DNA of 64,000 nucleotides, from NCBI GenBank assembly GCA_035309945.1, contig DATGEQ010000089.1, positions 6,854 through 70,853 on the forward strand, written 5' to 3'. Positions 16,753-26,463 of this stretch are shown in pieces. The DNA comes from Gemmatimonadales bacterium (GTDB lineage Bacteria; Gemmatimonadota; Gemmatimonadetes; Gemmatimonadales; GWC2-71-9). Positions within the stretch are counted from its first letter, which is position 1; each line of letters starts with the position of its first letter. The notes below the pieces were generated by a model. That model saw only the letters and a program-made list of their open reading frames with translations, ran no database searches and had not been told where the DNA came from. Both the position numbers and the translations under genes were made by a program.

Positions 16753-18741
16753 GCGGGCGTTCTCCAGTACCATTCCCGGCTCCCACGCCGTGATGTAACC
16801 CGTGATCGCGGACGCAGCGACGGTATAGGGATTGGCCAGGTAGAGCTGCCCCGGGCCCGAGCGGCCCGGAAAATTTCGATTGATGGCGCTTATCGTCACT
16901 TCTTCCCGAGTCTTCGACACGCCCGGCCCCGCATTGATGCACGCGCCACACGAAGGCTCCAGGAAGGTGGCGCCCACCTGTCGGAAAACGTCCAGGTAGC
17001 CGCGCTCTTCACAGTAGCGCTTCACATCCTGCGAGCCACACTGAATGAAGAACCGCACCCACGGCGCCACCCGCTCACCGCGGCCGAGCGCCTCCGCGAG
17101 CACACGAGCGTACATGTCCATGTCTTCCTTCTTGCCGGCGGTGCAGGAGCCTGCATAGGCGATGTCGACCTTGATGGGCTGCGCCACGGCAGCGATGTAG
17201 AGGCCGTTCCCAGGATCGCCCGGGAGGGCGATCATCGGCCGAATCGTCGCCGCATCGATCTCGATCACCTCGCAGTACTCGGCGCCGGGATCGCTCGCGA
17301 GCCCGGCGCAGAGCCGCTCAGCGTCGGCTCGCGACATCTTCCGATAATCCGTCAAATAGTCGACGGTCTTCTCGTCGGGTGCGACGTAGCCGGTAAACCC
17401 GCCGACTTCGGCCGTCATGTTGGTCATGGTCGCGCGTTCGTCAACCGATAGCGACTCGACAGCATCGCCACAGTATTCGACCAGCTTCCCGATCGCCTTG
17501 CCGGTCTTCACGTACGGGTGCCGCAGCACCTCGAGCATGAAGTCTTTGGCGGTGACGTTCACCGGCTTGTGGCCGCGGATCACGACTTTAACCGTCTCGG
17601 GGACCTGCAACCGCACGTCCTTCGTGATCCACGAGTTGAAGATGGCCGTCGTGCCGACGCCGAATGCGATGCAGCCGACGGCTCCCGCGTGTGGCGTGTG
17701 CGAGTCGGAACCAATGATGACATGGCCCGGCAGGGCATGCGACTCGAGAATCTTTGAATGGCAGATGGCCTCGGAGCCGTGGTGCCCGAGTCGGAGCTCG
17801 CCGTAGAGCTTGATCCCCTGCGCCGCCGCGAACTCGCGCTGCTTCTTCTCGAGCTGCATCGCGACGTCGAGCAGCCCTTCCTTGATCCGCTCCGGCGTCA
17901 TCGCCTCGGGCAGAAAGGTGAGGTGATCGCGAAACATGAGAACGGAGCCGGGATCGTTGACCTTCGCACTCTTGCCGACGAGCTGCTCAAAGAAGATCGC
18001 CGCCATCGGCGTGACGTATTCGTGGCTGAATCGGATGTCGGTGAGGACAAAGCCTTCATCGCCCGGCTTCACTGCGGAAACGCCGATCTTCCCTTTTGCC
18101 GGATCGACGACCCAATGCCGTGCGAGAATCTTTTCGCCGAGCGTCATGGGCCGGCGTTTGGTCTCGGGCGGATGGAGCACGACGTCGCCCTTGAGCCGCG
18201 CCATGTTGTACTTGAAAAGTCCGCCGTGCTCGATGATGCCGCGCGTGATCTCGCCCTCGCCCGCCGTGAATGCGGAGAGCGGGATCTCTTCGCCGCGGCG
18301 TATCTTGTCGAGAATCGAGAAGTCGGTCGTCGTCAGGATGCCGAGGTTCTGGCAATTCTCGCGGTAGATCCGTTCAATGCTTTCCGCGACGACGAGCTGG
18401 ATGCCGGCGCACATTTCGGCGAAGGGCGACTGCTCGCGCGACGACCCTTTGCCGCGCCGCTTGCCGCTCACTGCCGCGACGAAGCCCCCGCGTTTGACGG
18501 CGCCTCGCGGAATGGGAAATTCGTCGCGACACTTGAGGCCCAGGTACGGGAATTCGCCGAGCGTCTCGTCGTAGTAGTAGCAGATGTACGCCGGCGTAAT
18601 TTCGTCGGTGGAGATATCGTCGCGTAGTTTGTTGGCCGGCGTCCAGGCGGGATCTTCCCCGGCCAGTTGCGCGCGCACGAACGCGGGATCTTCCGTGAGA
18701 TAAAGGATCCGGCCCTGCAATCGAACCTTGGCGTCCCGCAT
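16747..18741 (-). CDS. Aconitase-family hydro-lyase with N-terminal swivel (LeuD-like) domain followed by catalytic domains
   Basis: 664 aa. The Fe-S ligand motifs GSDSHTPHAG, AYAGSCTAGK and EPSCGACINAGPG lie in the C-terminal two thirds. The N-terminal ~170 aa resemble the small subunit/swivel domain, which is an AcnB-like domain order. Confidence 0.7.
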   Translation of the reverse strand: MRDAKVRLQGRILYLTEDPAFVRAQLAGEDPAWTPANKLRDDISTDEITPAYICYYYDETLGEFPYLGLKCRDEFPIPRGAVKRGGFVAAVSGKRRGKGSSREQSPFAEMCAGIQLVVAESIERIYRENCQNLGILTTTDFSILDKIRRGEEIPLSAFTAGEGEITRGIIEHGGLFKYNMARLKGDVVLHPPETKRRPMTLGEKILARHWVVDPAKGKIGVSAVKPGDEGFVLTDIRFSHEYVTPMAAIFFEQLVGKSAKVNDPGSVLMFRDHLTFLPEAMTPERIKEGLLDVAMQLEKKQREFAAAQGIKLYGELRLGHHGSEAICHSKILESHALPGHVIIGSDSHTPHAGAVGCIAFGVGTTAIFNSWITKDVRLQVPETVKVVIRGHKPVNVTAKDFMLEVLRHPYVKTGKAIGKLVEYCGDAVESLSVDERATMTNMTAEVGGFTGYVAPDEKTVDYLTDYRKMSRADAERLCAGLASDPGAEYCEVIEIDAATIRPMIALPGDPGNGLYIAAVAQPIKVDIAYAGSCTAGKKEDMDMYARVLAEALGRGERVAPWVRFFIQCGSQDVKRYCEERGYLDVFRQVGATFLEPSCGACINAGPGVSKTREEVTISAINRNFPGRSGPGQLYLANPYTVAASAITGYITAWEPGMVLENARS

Positions 18742-18747
18742 GCGCGA

Positions 18748-18753
18748 AGTATC
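18748..18753 (-). promoter_or_regulatory. Candidate -10 box (GATACT) 6 nt upstream of the aconitase-family ATG
   Basis: The minus strand reads GGTGATACTTCGCGC-ATG. I see no Shine-Dalgarno sequence. Confidence 0.35.
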
Positions 18754-18758
18754 ACCAC

Positions 18759-20390
18759 TTGCTCGGAACCCAGCAAGCGGATTTGCCCGGAGGCTCGATG
18801 ATTGTCGCGATCATGGCAGCGCTGAGCACCGCCGTCGCCGCGCAACGGCCATCGACCATCCCGGTCGATACGGCGGCGATGGATGCGCATCTTCGATTTC
18901 TTGCAAGCGACTTGCTCGAGGGCCGCGCCCCGGCGACTCGCGGTGGGCGGCTCGCAACAGAGTACATCGCCGCGCAATTCCAGGCGCTCGGGTTGAAGCC
19001 CGCCGGAGCGAACGGCGGCTATTTCCAGCCAGTGCCGCTGGTCGGCATGACTCCCCAGCCGTCGTTCGCATGGGGCAAGACGGGCGGCACGGCCGACACG
19101 TTGGTCTATCGCGATGCATTCGTCGCCTGGGGCGAAAGACCCGAAGCGGATATCGCGGCAACCGGGGACGTCGTGTTCGTGGGCTATGGGATTCGCGCGC
19201 CCGAGTGGCGGTGGGACGATTACAAAGGGACCGACCTGCGGGGGAAAGTGCTGCTGATGCTGGTCAATGATCCGGGGCTCGTCGACTCGTCGGTCTTCCT
19301 CGGCAAAGTCCTCACGTACTACGGACGCTGGACCTACAAGCTCGAAGAAGCGGCCCGCCAGGGCGCCGTGGGAGCCATTCTCATTCATACGTCCGAGAGC
19401 GCGACATACCCCTGGGAAGTCGTGCGCGGGTCGTGGTCGGTCGAGCAATTCAAGCTCGATCAGCCGCACTCGCCCAGCCTCGCGTTTGCGGGCTGGGTCA
19501 CGGAAGGGAGTGCGCGCGCGGCTCTGGGGAAGGTCGGACTCGATCTGGATACTCTGGCCAAGGCCGCCGCGCGACGCGATTTCCGTCCCGTCGCAACAGG
19601 ACTCACGGCCGCCGTGCGGGTCCACAGCGCCCTGCGTCACGTGCAATCGGAGAACGTGGTCGGTCGCTTGCCGGGACGCGATCGACAACTCGCCGCGCAA
19701 GCGGTTCTGATCATTGCGCATTGGGACCACAAAGGCATCGGACCCCTCGTCGGCGGCGACTCTATCTACAATGGCGCGGAGGATAACGCGTCGGGCGTGG
19801 CCGCGATGCTTGGCGCGGCGAAGGCGCTCGCGCAACTACCGCGACCGGCACGATCGATCCTCTTCGTCGCCACGACGGCGGAGGAGAGCGGCCTGCTCGG
19901 GAGCGAGGCCTACGTCCAGCATCCATTGATCCCACTCGCACAGACCGCCGCGGTCCTGAATCTCGACGTCACGAGCGTGCGTGGCGCGACCCGCGATATC
20001 GGCGCGCTCGGCATGGACCGCTCGACGCTGGGCTCGGTGTTCGCCGCCGCGGCACGAGCGGAGTCGCTTGCGGTCGTTTCTCAACCGGACGTGCGTGGAG
20101 CTTTCTTTCGCTCCGATCATTTTCCGTTCGCGCGCTCCGGTGTCCCGGCGCTTTCGATCAGACCGGGCATCGATTTCGTGGGACGGCCGAAGGGTTGGGG
20201 TCAGCAACAGGAGGCGATTTACAATCAGGAGCGCTATCACCAGCCCAGCGACGAGTATCAGCCGACCTTCCGCTACGATGGCATGGCACAGGAGGTCCGT
20301 GTGACCGTGCGGATCGCCCGGGCCGTGGCCAACGATCCGGCGCGGCCACGCTGGCTGCGGTCCTCAGAATTCCAGCGACCACAGCCGTAG
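18759..20390 (+). CDS. M28-family aminopeptidase with PA domain, secreted
   Basis: Contains HWDHKG, YNGAEDNASGVAAML and TAEESGLLGSEAYV motifs. The alternative start ATG 18798 is preceded by GGAGG and gives MIVAIMAALSTAVAAQ. Confidence 0.85.
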   Translation: MLGTQQADLPGGSMIVAIMAALSTAVAAQRPSTIPVDTAAMDAHLRFLASDLLEGRAPATRGGRLATEYIAAQFQALGLKPAGANGGYFQPVPLVGMTPQPSFAWGKTGGTADTLVYRDAFVAWGERPEADIAATGDVVFVGYGIRAPEWRWDDYKGTDLRGKVLLMLVNDPGLVDSSVFLGKVLTYYGRWTYKLEEAARQGAVGAILIHTSESATYPWEVVRGSWSVEQFKLDQPHSPSLAFAGWVTEGSARAALGKVGLDLDTLAKAAARRDFRPVATGLTAAVRVHSALRHVQSENVVGRLPGRDRQLAAQAVLIIAHWDHKGIGPLVGGDSIYNGAEDNASGVAAMLGAAKALAQLPRPARSILFVATTAEESGLLGSEAYVQHPLIPLAQTAAVLNLDVTSVRGATRDIGALGMDRSTLGSVFAAAARAESLAVVSQPDVRGAFFRSDHFPFARSGVPALSIRPGIDFVGRPKGWGQQQEAIYNQERYHQPSDEYQPTFRYDGMAQEVRVTVRIARAVANDPARPRWLRSSEFQRPQP

Positions 20391-20452
20391 CGGACGATTC
20401 GCGCAACATATTGATACATAAATGGTTAGTGTTCGGCGATTGCCTATTCGCC

Positions 20453-20462
20453 GGGGGGGGGG
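20453..20462 (+). repeat. G10 homopolymer tract in an intergenic region
   Basis: Read directly: ccgGGGGGGGGGGtaag, 58 nt upstream of the TTG start at 20520. Confidence 0.9.
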
Positions 20463-20519
20463 TAAGTTTGCGCCCGTTTTTGACCCGCGCAGCACCAGCT
20501 GGTCCGACCTCGTTAACTA

Positions 20520-21638
20520 TTGGAGCGGCGGTTGGAGATTCCCTCCACGCATACGGTGCCTCTGTCATGGTTGTATGAGGCGGCCAGTCTTCCAATCCAG
20601 TACCGGACGCTTACCGAGGTCGTGCCCGAGTCTGCGCGCGACGTCGAACAGCTCGCACTGCTGCGCGAGCAGATCCTCCATTACAAGGAAGCCGTCGCCA
20701 TCGTCCGCAAGCAGAAAGAGACCGGCCTGTGGGGCGGCAATCTGCTGGCGCCCGCCCCGTCGAACGCGATGGGCTGGAAGGAAGTGGGGACGATTTCGCA
20801 GTATCGGCGGCTGCTCGAGCTCGGCTGGCCGGCGGATGCCCGCGTGTTCCGCTTCGCGGACCGGTTTCTGTTCCGCCTGCTGTCACGCGATGACGATCCC
20901 GCCCTCCTTGTCGAGTTCCAGCGTACCGCGAAGAGCGATCCGGGACTGGCGCTGTGGGTGAGAGGTATGGGCTCGCAGGCCGCCGCGGCAGCCCTCGCTC
21001 GCGGCGCGCACCAGGACGACCCGCGGCTGCGCGGCGCGGCGCATCGCATCGCGAGCGATATTTCGATGTATCTGAGGAGCGAGCTGGCGCAGAAGCCGTT
21101 CAGGAAGGCTCAGGGCAAGACGGTGCTCGATCCTCTCGCCTACCCGCCGACCGTCTTCTCGATGGAAATGCTGGCCTTCATGCCGGCGGTGCAGCGCGAA
21201 CGCGCCGGGTTTCTGGAGCGTCTGGCCGCCTACTTTTCGATCCCGGCACCCCGGCGGTCGTTCTTGGTACTCGCCGGCAAGAAGATCATTCGACCGTTCT
21301 TCGAGCTGCTCGGCGATCCCCTGCATGCCGATGCCCAGGGCCGGGTCGATGACGTCGCCTTCGCCGTGTATTGGTTGGAGCTGCTGGCGCGGTTGGGAAT
21401 CGTCCGACAGGTGCTCAGCGCCGCCCGCGTGCTGGCTCGGCTCTTCAGCGAGTGCGACGACCGGGGGATCTGGACCCCCGCCGGCCTGCGTGCGATGCCG
21501 AAATCGGCCAATCCAGTGATCTCGCATTATTTCCCACTCGAAGGCCCGGGCAAGAGTCCCGCACAGCGGCAGACGGACGTGACTTTTCGGTTGGCGTTGA
21601 TCGCGAAACTCTTGGGAATGCCTCTGAACGTTGTCTAG
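20520..21638 (+). CDS. Hypothetical protein (372 aa), no recognised domain
   Basis: Long ORF with sensible composition and a TTG start (uncertain). Features such as LWGGNLLAP, GTISQYRRLLELGWP and repeated helical segments hint at an alpha-helical repeat/toroid fold, but nothing is diagnostic. Confidence 0.6.
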   Translation: MERRLEIPSTHTVPLSWLYEAASLPIQYRTLTEVVPESARDVEQLALLREQILHYKEAVAIVRKQKETGLWGGNLLAPAPSNAMGWKEVGTISQYRRLLELGWPADARVFRFADRFLFRLLSRDDDPALLVEFQRTAKSDPGLALWVRGMGSQAAAAALARGAHQDDPRLRGAAHRIASDISMYLRSELAQKPFRKAQGKTVLDPLAYPPTVFSMEMLAFMPAVQRERAGFLERLAAYFSIPAPRRSFLVLAGKKIIRPFFELLGDPLHADAQGRVDDVAFAVYWLELLARLGIVRQVLSAARVLARLFSECDDRGIWTPAGLRAMPKSANPVISHYFPLEGPGKSPAQRQTDVTFRLALIAKLLGMPLNVV

Positions 21639-21649
21639 CGGTGATTGAA

Positions 21650-21669
21650 GTAGTAGTATCTGCTACTAC
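21650..21669 (+). promoter_or_regulatory. Inverted repeat GTAGTAG-N6-CTACTAC, candidate operator and -10 region
   Basis: Perfect 7-bp arms in an unusually AT-rich stretch that ends 1 nt before the trmB-like ATG at 21671. TAGTAT at 21654..21659 is -10-like. Confidence 0.5.
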
Positions 21670-21670
21670 A

Positions 21671-22336
21671 ATGCACCCGGATCTTACACCTTTTGGCTTC
21701 ACCCCGACCGAGTCGCTGGTCTATGCCACGCTGCTGAAGTTGGGACCGTCGACCGGCTACGCCGTCGCTCGCGGAGCGGGGCTGGCCAGGGCAAACACGT
21801 ACGCAGCACTCGAAGGATTGGTTCTTCGCGGTGCGGCGACGCGTACGCCGCCGCCGGCACGGCCGGCGCGCTACCGCCCGACGGACCCGCAAGCGTTGCT
21901 TGCGCACCTCGCCACCCGACAGGGTGAGGCGCTGGATCGCTTGGGCAAGGAGCTCCGTGACCTGTCGCGACCCGGCGATCCGGTAACCCGCGAAGTGGCT
22001 GGTGCTCGCGCAGTCGCTAACCTCATAATGCAGCTGGTCGCTCGGGCCGAGCGGAGTGTAGAAGGCGTCGTGACTCTGGAGCTCTGGCGACCAACGCTGC
22101 CGGCGTGGCGACGTGCCGGCGAGCGGGCTCGGATGCAGGTTCGCATGGGCGGTGGGATGCCTACTGACCCTCCGCCGTGGCTGGAGCCGGTGCGCGAGGA
22201 TGGCCTTCCCGTGACCGCGCTTTTGATCGACGACACTCAGTTGGTGTTGACGTCCGGCGACGGAGATGCGGTCGCCGGCGTATGGACCTCACATCCTCTT
22301 TTCGTGCTGCTCGCTCGCCATGCGCTGGCTTCTTAG
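21671..22336 (+). CDS. TrmB-family transcriptional regulator
   Basis: The N-terminal winged helix reads TPTESLVYATLLKLGPSTGYAVARGAGLARANTYAALEGLVLRG. ATG 21671 lies within the longer track ORF. Confidence 0.75.
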   Translation: MHPDLTPFGFTPTESLVYATLLKLGPSTGYAVARGAGLARANTYAALEGLVLRGAATRTPPPARPARYRPTDPQALLAHLATRQGEALDRLGKELRDLSRPGDPVTREVAGARAVANLIMQLVARAERSVEGVVTLELWRPTLPAWRRAGERARMQVRMGGGMPTDPPPWLEPVREDGLPVTALLIDDTQLVLTSGDGDAVAGVWTSHPLFVLLARHALAS

Positions 22337-23255
22337 CGTTATTGCCTTCGCCTGTGCCTGTCGCGCCGCCCCGATAGCCGCGTCGCAACGCTACCCTGCC
22401 GGGACGTCATTCCGCGAACAGTACCGGACCATCGACGGAACGCGCTTGCGTCTCATCGATTCGGGCAACGGCACGCCAGTCGTTTTCATTCATGGAATCG
22501 GCGCCTCGCTATACAGCTGGCGGCGTCAGCTCGAACCTGTGGTGAGCGCCGGCTACCGGGTCATCGTGTTTGACAATCGGGGGTTCGGGTTTTCCGACAA
22601 GCCTGCCCATGGTTACCACAACGCCGAATACGCGCACCTCGTCGTCTCACTGCTCGACTCATTAGGGATATCGGCCGCCGTTCTCGTTGGCCATTCGATG
22701 GGCGGCGCCATCGCTGCGGAAGTCGCACTCGCTCACCCTGATCGCGTACGCGGGCTTGTGTTGATCGACGCCGCCGGCTACGGCATACGCGTGCCCGGCG
22801 TGTTCAAGCTGGCGCGCGTTCCGATTCTCGGCGCCGTCGCCACGGCGTTCCGCAGCCGCTGGATCACCGGCCGGATCGTGCGCTCGACGTTTGCCGATCC
22901 CGCGAAGGTCACGGAGGCCGACGTCGACCAGTACTATGCGCCCGTCGCAGATCCGAACTACGGTCGCGCTTTGCGAGGCGTGTTGCGGGAGTTCAGGTTC
23001 GATAGCCTCGGCGGCCGCCTCGGCAGTCTCCAAACACCGACCTTGGTTCTCTGGGGCGACGCTGATCGCTGGATCTCGATTGGCGACGGCAGTCGCTTCG
23101 CGCGTGAGCTGCCGCGCAGCGAGTTTGTCGTCGTTTCCCACGCCGGTCACGACGCCATGGAAGAATCGCCCGACCAGGTGAATCGTTTTCTGCTGGAGTT
23201 TCTCAAAGAAGGCCTATCTCGGATTCCGGAAAACGTGGCGTTGAGCACGCGATAA
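22320..23255 (+). CDS. Alpha/beta-fold hydrolase, secreted
   Basis: Signal peptide MRWLLSVIAFACACRAAPIAA, an HG oxyanion motif (VVFIHGIGAS) and the nucleophile elbow GHSMGG. Confidence 0.8.
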   Translation: MRWLLSVIAFACACRAAPIAASQRYPAGTSFREQYRTIDGTRLRLIDSGNGTPVVFIHGIGASLYSWRRQLEPVVSAGYRVIVFDNRGFGFSDKPAHGYHNAEYAHLVVSLLDSLGISAAVLVGHSMGGAIAAEVALAHPDRVRGLVLIDAAGYGIRVPGVFKLARVPILGAVATAFRSRWITGRIVRSTFADPAKVTEADVDQYYAPVADPNYGRALRGVLREFRFDSLGGRLGSLQTPTLVLWGDADRWISIGDGSRFARELPRSEFVVVSHAGHDAMEESPDQVNRFLLEFLKEGLSRIPENVALSTR

Positions 23256-23263
23256 CCTTAGAT

Positions 23264-23287
23264 TTGATCAACCAAACGGTTGATGAA
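23264..23287 (+). promoter_or_regulatory. Inverted repeat TTGATCAACC-AAAC-GGTTGATGAA, candidate TetR operator
   Basis: The arms match at 9 of 10 positions. The right arm contains the TetR ATG (23283). TAGATT at 23259..23264 is -10-like. Confidence 0.5.
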
Positions 23288-23879
23288 TCGCCACGTGCCA
23301 CCTAAGCTGAGCAATGATAGAGCTATACGCATTGTCGCCGCCGCTCGCGAGGAGTTCGCCAAGCGCGGCTTCGCGGGAGCGCGCATCGACCAGATCGCGC
23401 AACGCGCGGGCGTCAACAAGCAGCTGCTGTTCTACTACTACCACTCCAAACGCGGGCTCTTCCAGGCCGTGCTGACGCAATCGGGCACCGAACTCGAGCG
23501 GGCGCTCGCGGGGTTGGCGCTGCCGTCGGGCGGACCGCTCGAACGGCTGCGGCTGACCCTGGGGGCTCAGTTCGATTTTCTGGCGCAACATCCGCAGGTG
23601 GTCGCGTTGATCGGGCAGTGCACCCGGTCCGGCGCCGCGTTGGCACCCGCGATCAATCGGCTGGTGGTGTTGCTGGCGGAAGGTCAGGGCTTGGGGCAGG
23701 TGCGGGACGATGTCGATCCGCACCTGACCGCCGCCCAGGCTTTGATCTTGATGGTTGGCTACCTCAACATGGAAGCCTTGATCGCTTCCAGCGCGCGTCC
23801 CCTCGACGAACCCTCGCTGCGCGATCGCTGGCGGGCCGCCGCGGTCGACTTAGTGGTGGCCGGAGTGCGCGTGAGTTAG
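23283..23879 (+). CDS. TetR/AcrR-family transcriptional regulator
   Basis: The N-terminal HTH reads AAAREEFAKRGFAGARIDQIAQRAGVNKQLLFYYYHSK. The track starts one codon earlier, at TTG 23280. Confidence 0.85.
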   Translation: MNRHVPPKLSNDRAIRIVAAAREEFAKRGFAGARIDQIAQRAGVNKQLLFYYYHSKRGLFQAVLTQSGTELERALAGLALPSGGPLERLRLTLGAQFDFLAQHPQVVALIGQCTRSGAALAPAINRLVVLLAEGQGLGQVRDDVDPHLTAAQALILMVGYLNMEALIASSARPLDEPSLRDRWRAAAVDLVVAGVRVS

Positions 23880-26282
23880 GCTGATCGGCGCTTCGGTCTC
23901 AAAAATCAAGTGCCCGGCCTCGAACCGCGCACCTCGCAATGCCAGGCTCAGAACATCACCCAGCTCCTCCGCCAAATGTACGTCGAGCGTCTTCCGAACT
24001 TCCTCGGGCAGGTCCTCGAGGTCGCGCTCGTTCTCCTTAGGCAGGATGACGGACGTGATGCCTGCGCGAACCGCGCCCAGTACCTTCTCCTTCACTCCTC
24101 CGATCGGCAGAACCCGACCGCGAAGGGTTATCTCGCCGGTCATGGCGATGTCGTGACGCGCCGGGCGGCGTGAGAGCGCCGATACGAGTGCCGTGGCCAT
24201 CGTAATTCCCGCCGAGGGACCATCTTTGGGGATCGCCCCCGCCGGCACATGGACGTGGATGTCGGTGTCGATGAAAGCGCCTTCGGGAATCCCGAGCAGG
24301 TCGGCGTGGGATTTGGCATAGGTCAATGCAGCCCGGGCTGATTCCTTCATTACGTCCCCCAGCTGACCCGTCAGCACCAACTCGCCCTTACCGCGCATGA
24401 CACTCGCTTCGACGAACATGATGTCGCCGCCGACGGGCGTGTAGTACATGCCTGTCGACACGCCCACTTGATCCTCCCGTGCCATCCGTTCGGGGTGAAC
24501 CTTGGGCCGGCCGATCAGGTCGGGTATGTCCTTCTCGCCGACGATCACCTGCTGGGCTTCGCCGTCTGCGATCTTGCGGGCCACCTTGCGGCCCAGCTTG
24601 CCGATCTCGCGCTCGAGTTGTCGCACCCCGGCTTCACGGGTGTAGCTCGCGATGATCCCGCTCAGCGCGTCGTCCTTCAAGGCCAGCTGATCGTCACGCA
24701 GCCCGTTTTCTCGCAGCTGCCGAGGAACGAGGTAGCGCTTGGCAATCTCGAGTTTCTCGCGCTCGGTGTAGCCGGCGAAGTTCACCGTCTCGAGCCGGTC
24801 GAGCAGCGGCGCCGGGATGTTCTGAATGAAATTCGCCGTCGCGATGAACAGGACCTCGGACAGATCGAACGGAACACCGAGGTAATGATCCGTAAACGTG
24901 TCGTTCTGCGCCGGATCGAGCACCTCGAGTAGCGCCGCCGCCGGATCGCCCTGGAACGAGATGCCGAGTTTATCGACCTCGTCGAGCAGGAAAATCGGGT
25001 TCTTGGCGCCCGCCTGCTTCATGCCCTGGATGATCCGGCCAGGCATGGCGCCGACGTAGGTGCGCCGGTGCCCGCGAATATCGGCCTCATCGCGTGCCCC
25101 GCCCAGCGAAATCCGGACGTACGGGCGTCCCATCGCGCGCGCGATCGATTTGGCTATCGATGTCTTGCCGACGCCCGGTGGTCCGACGAACAACAGCGTG
25201 GGCGCACGGGCGGCGCGGTCGTCCTCGTTTCCGGGCGCCTGCTCCTTGGGCTGCTGCTGCCGCAGCTGCCGGACCGCGAGGAATTCCAGGACCTGGTCCT
25301 TCACATCCTGAAGCCCGTAGTGATCCTCTTCGAGAATCTCCGCCGCGCGCTTCAGGTCGAGCGACTCTTCCGTGCGCTTGTTCCATGGCAGCTCGGCGAC
25401 TGTCTCGAGGTACGTACGTATGACTTGCGCCTCCATCGACTCCCGGCCGGCGCGCTCCAGGCGGGCGAGCTCGCGGTCGACCTCTCTGCGTGCGGCCTCG
25501 GGTAGCTCGAGGGCGTCGAGCCGCTTCTTGAGATCGTCGGCCTCTTTCGCCTCCTCTTCCTCGCCCAGCTCCTTGCGGATCGCCTTCATCTGCTCGCGCA
25601 GCAACATCTCGCGCTGCCGCTCGCCCAGCTCTTCCTGAACCTGAGTTTTGATGTCCTCTTGCGCGTCCAGGACCGCGATCTGCCGTTGCACGTGCACGAG
25701 CACCCGGCGGAGCCGGTCCTCTACCGCGAGCGTTTCGAGCAGCTGCTGGCGCTCGAGGGACTGAATGTCGAGATGACCGGCCACGAGGTCGGACAGCGCG
25801 CCGGGGTTCTCGACTCCCTGAAGCACCTGCTGGACCACCTCCGCCGGCAGGCCCGACTTCTGGCCCAGCTCGGCGGCGCGCTCGCGGACCTCGCGATGCA
25901 ACGCTACGAACGCCGGATCTTTCTCATTGACAGGCGGGAGGTCGGGAGCTTCCCGCACGGTGGCTTCGAGATAGCCGGTGGTCTCGGAATAGTGGACCGC
26001 GGTGCCGCGATTCTCGCCGTGCAGGACCAGCTGTACGCCGCCGAGGTTACGCTGCACCTGGCTGATGCGGGCAATTGTCCCGGTCGTGTAAAGAACCCCG
26101 GGAGACACCTGGTCGACGTTTTCTTTCTGAGCGACTGCGAACACTTTGCGGTCGGACTGCTTCAAGGCGGCTTCTATGGCACGCAATGTCGCTGGACGGC
26201 CCGCGCCGATCGGCGTCGCCACACCGGGAAACAGCACGGCGTCGCGAAGCGGCAGGACGGGCAATGTCATCCGGTCAGACAT
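23850..26282 (-). CDS. lon: ATP-dependent Lon protease
   Basis: Start ATG 26282 ([21 protein letters not shown]) is preceded by GGAGA. It has Walker [10 protein letters not shown] and the catalytic-Ser motif PKDGPSAG. Confidence 0.95.
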   Translation of the reverse strand: MSDRMTLPVLPLRDAVLFPGVATPIGAGRPATLRAIEAALKQSDRKVFAVAQKENVDQVSPGVLYTTGTIARISQVQRNLGGVQLVLHGENRGTAVHYSETTGYLEATVREAPDLPPVNEKDPAFVALHREVRERAAELGQKSGLPAEVVQQVLQGVENPGALSDLVAGHLDIQSLERQQLLETLAVEDRLRRVLVHVQRQIAVLDAQEDIKTQVQEELGERQREMLLREQMKAIRKELGEEEEAKEADDLKKRLDALELPEAARREVDRELARLERAGRESMEAQVIRTYLETVAELPWNKRTEESLDLKRAAEILEEDHYGLQDVKDQVLEFLAVRQLRQQQPKEQAPGNEDDRAARAPTLLFVGPPGVGKTSIAKSIARAMGRPYVRISLGGARDEADIRGHRRTYVGAMPGRIIQGMKQAGAKNPIFLLDEVDKLGISFQGDPAAALLEVLDPAQNDTFTDHYLGVPFDLSEVLFIATANFIQNIPAPLLDRLETVNFAGYTEREKLEIAKRYLVPRQLRENGLRDDQLALKDDALSGIIASYTREAGVRQLEREIGKLGRKVARKIADGEAQQVIVGEKDIPDLIGRPKVHPERMAREDQVGVSTGMYYTPVGGDIMFVEASVMRGKGELVLTGQLGDVMKESARAALTYAKSHADLLGIPEGAFIDTDIHVHVPAGAIPKDGPSAGITMATALVSALSRRPARHDIAMTGEITLRGRVLPIGGVKEKVLGAVRAGITSVILPKENERDLEDLPEEVRKTLDVHLAEELGDVLSLALRGARFEAGHLIFETEAPISLTHAHSGHH

Positions 26283-26463
26283 GGAGTTCTCCAATTGTGG
26301 GTTGCATGGACCACGGTCTGGCAGGCTGAATGCACCGTCCATGCCACGAAAAAACACTTCAGAAGGCAGGTCCGTTCCGAATTACGCCGCCAAAGCGGCG
26401 CGCAGCATGCCAAGTCGACGCTCGACGAGTATCTTTTTGACCTCGAATGGATTGTAAAAAGGC

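Noticed and set aside
18468-19835. 455-aa minus-strand ORF
   Set aside because: It is antisense to the M28 peptidase gene and overlaps the 5' end of the aconitase-family gene. It has no motifs.
26283-26463. 181-nt lon/kinase intergenic region searched for CIRCE, a sigma-32 promoter or a small RNA
   Set aside because: I found no CIRCE inverted repeat. There is only a poor CTTGAA/CCCCAT-like match and no convincing structure.
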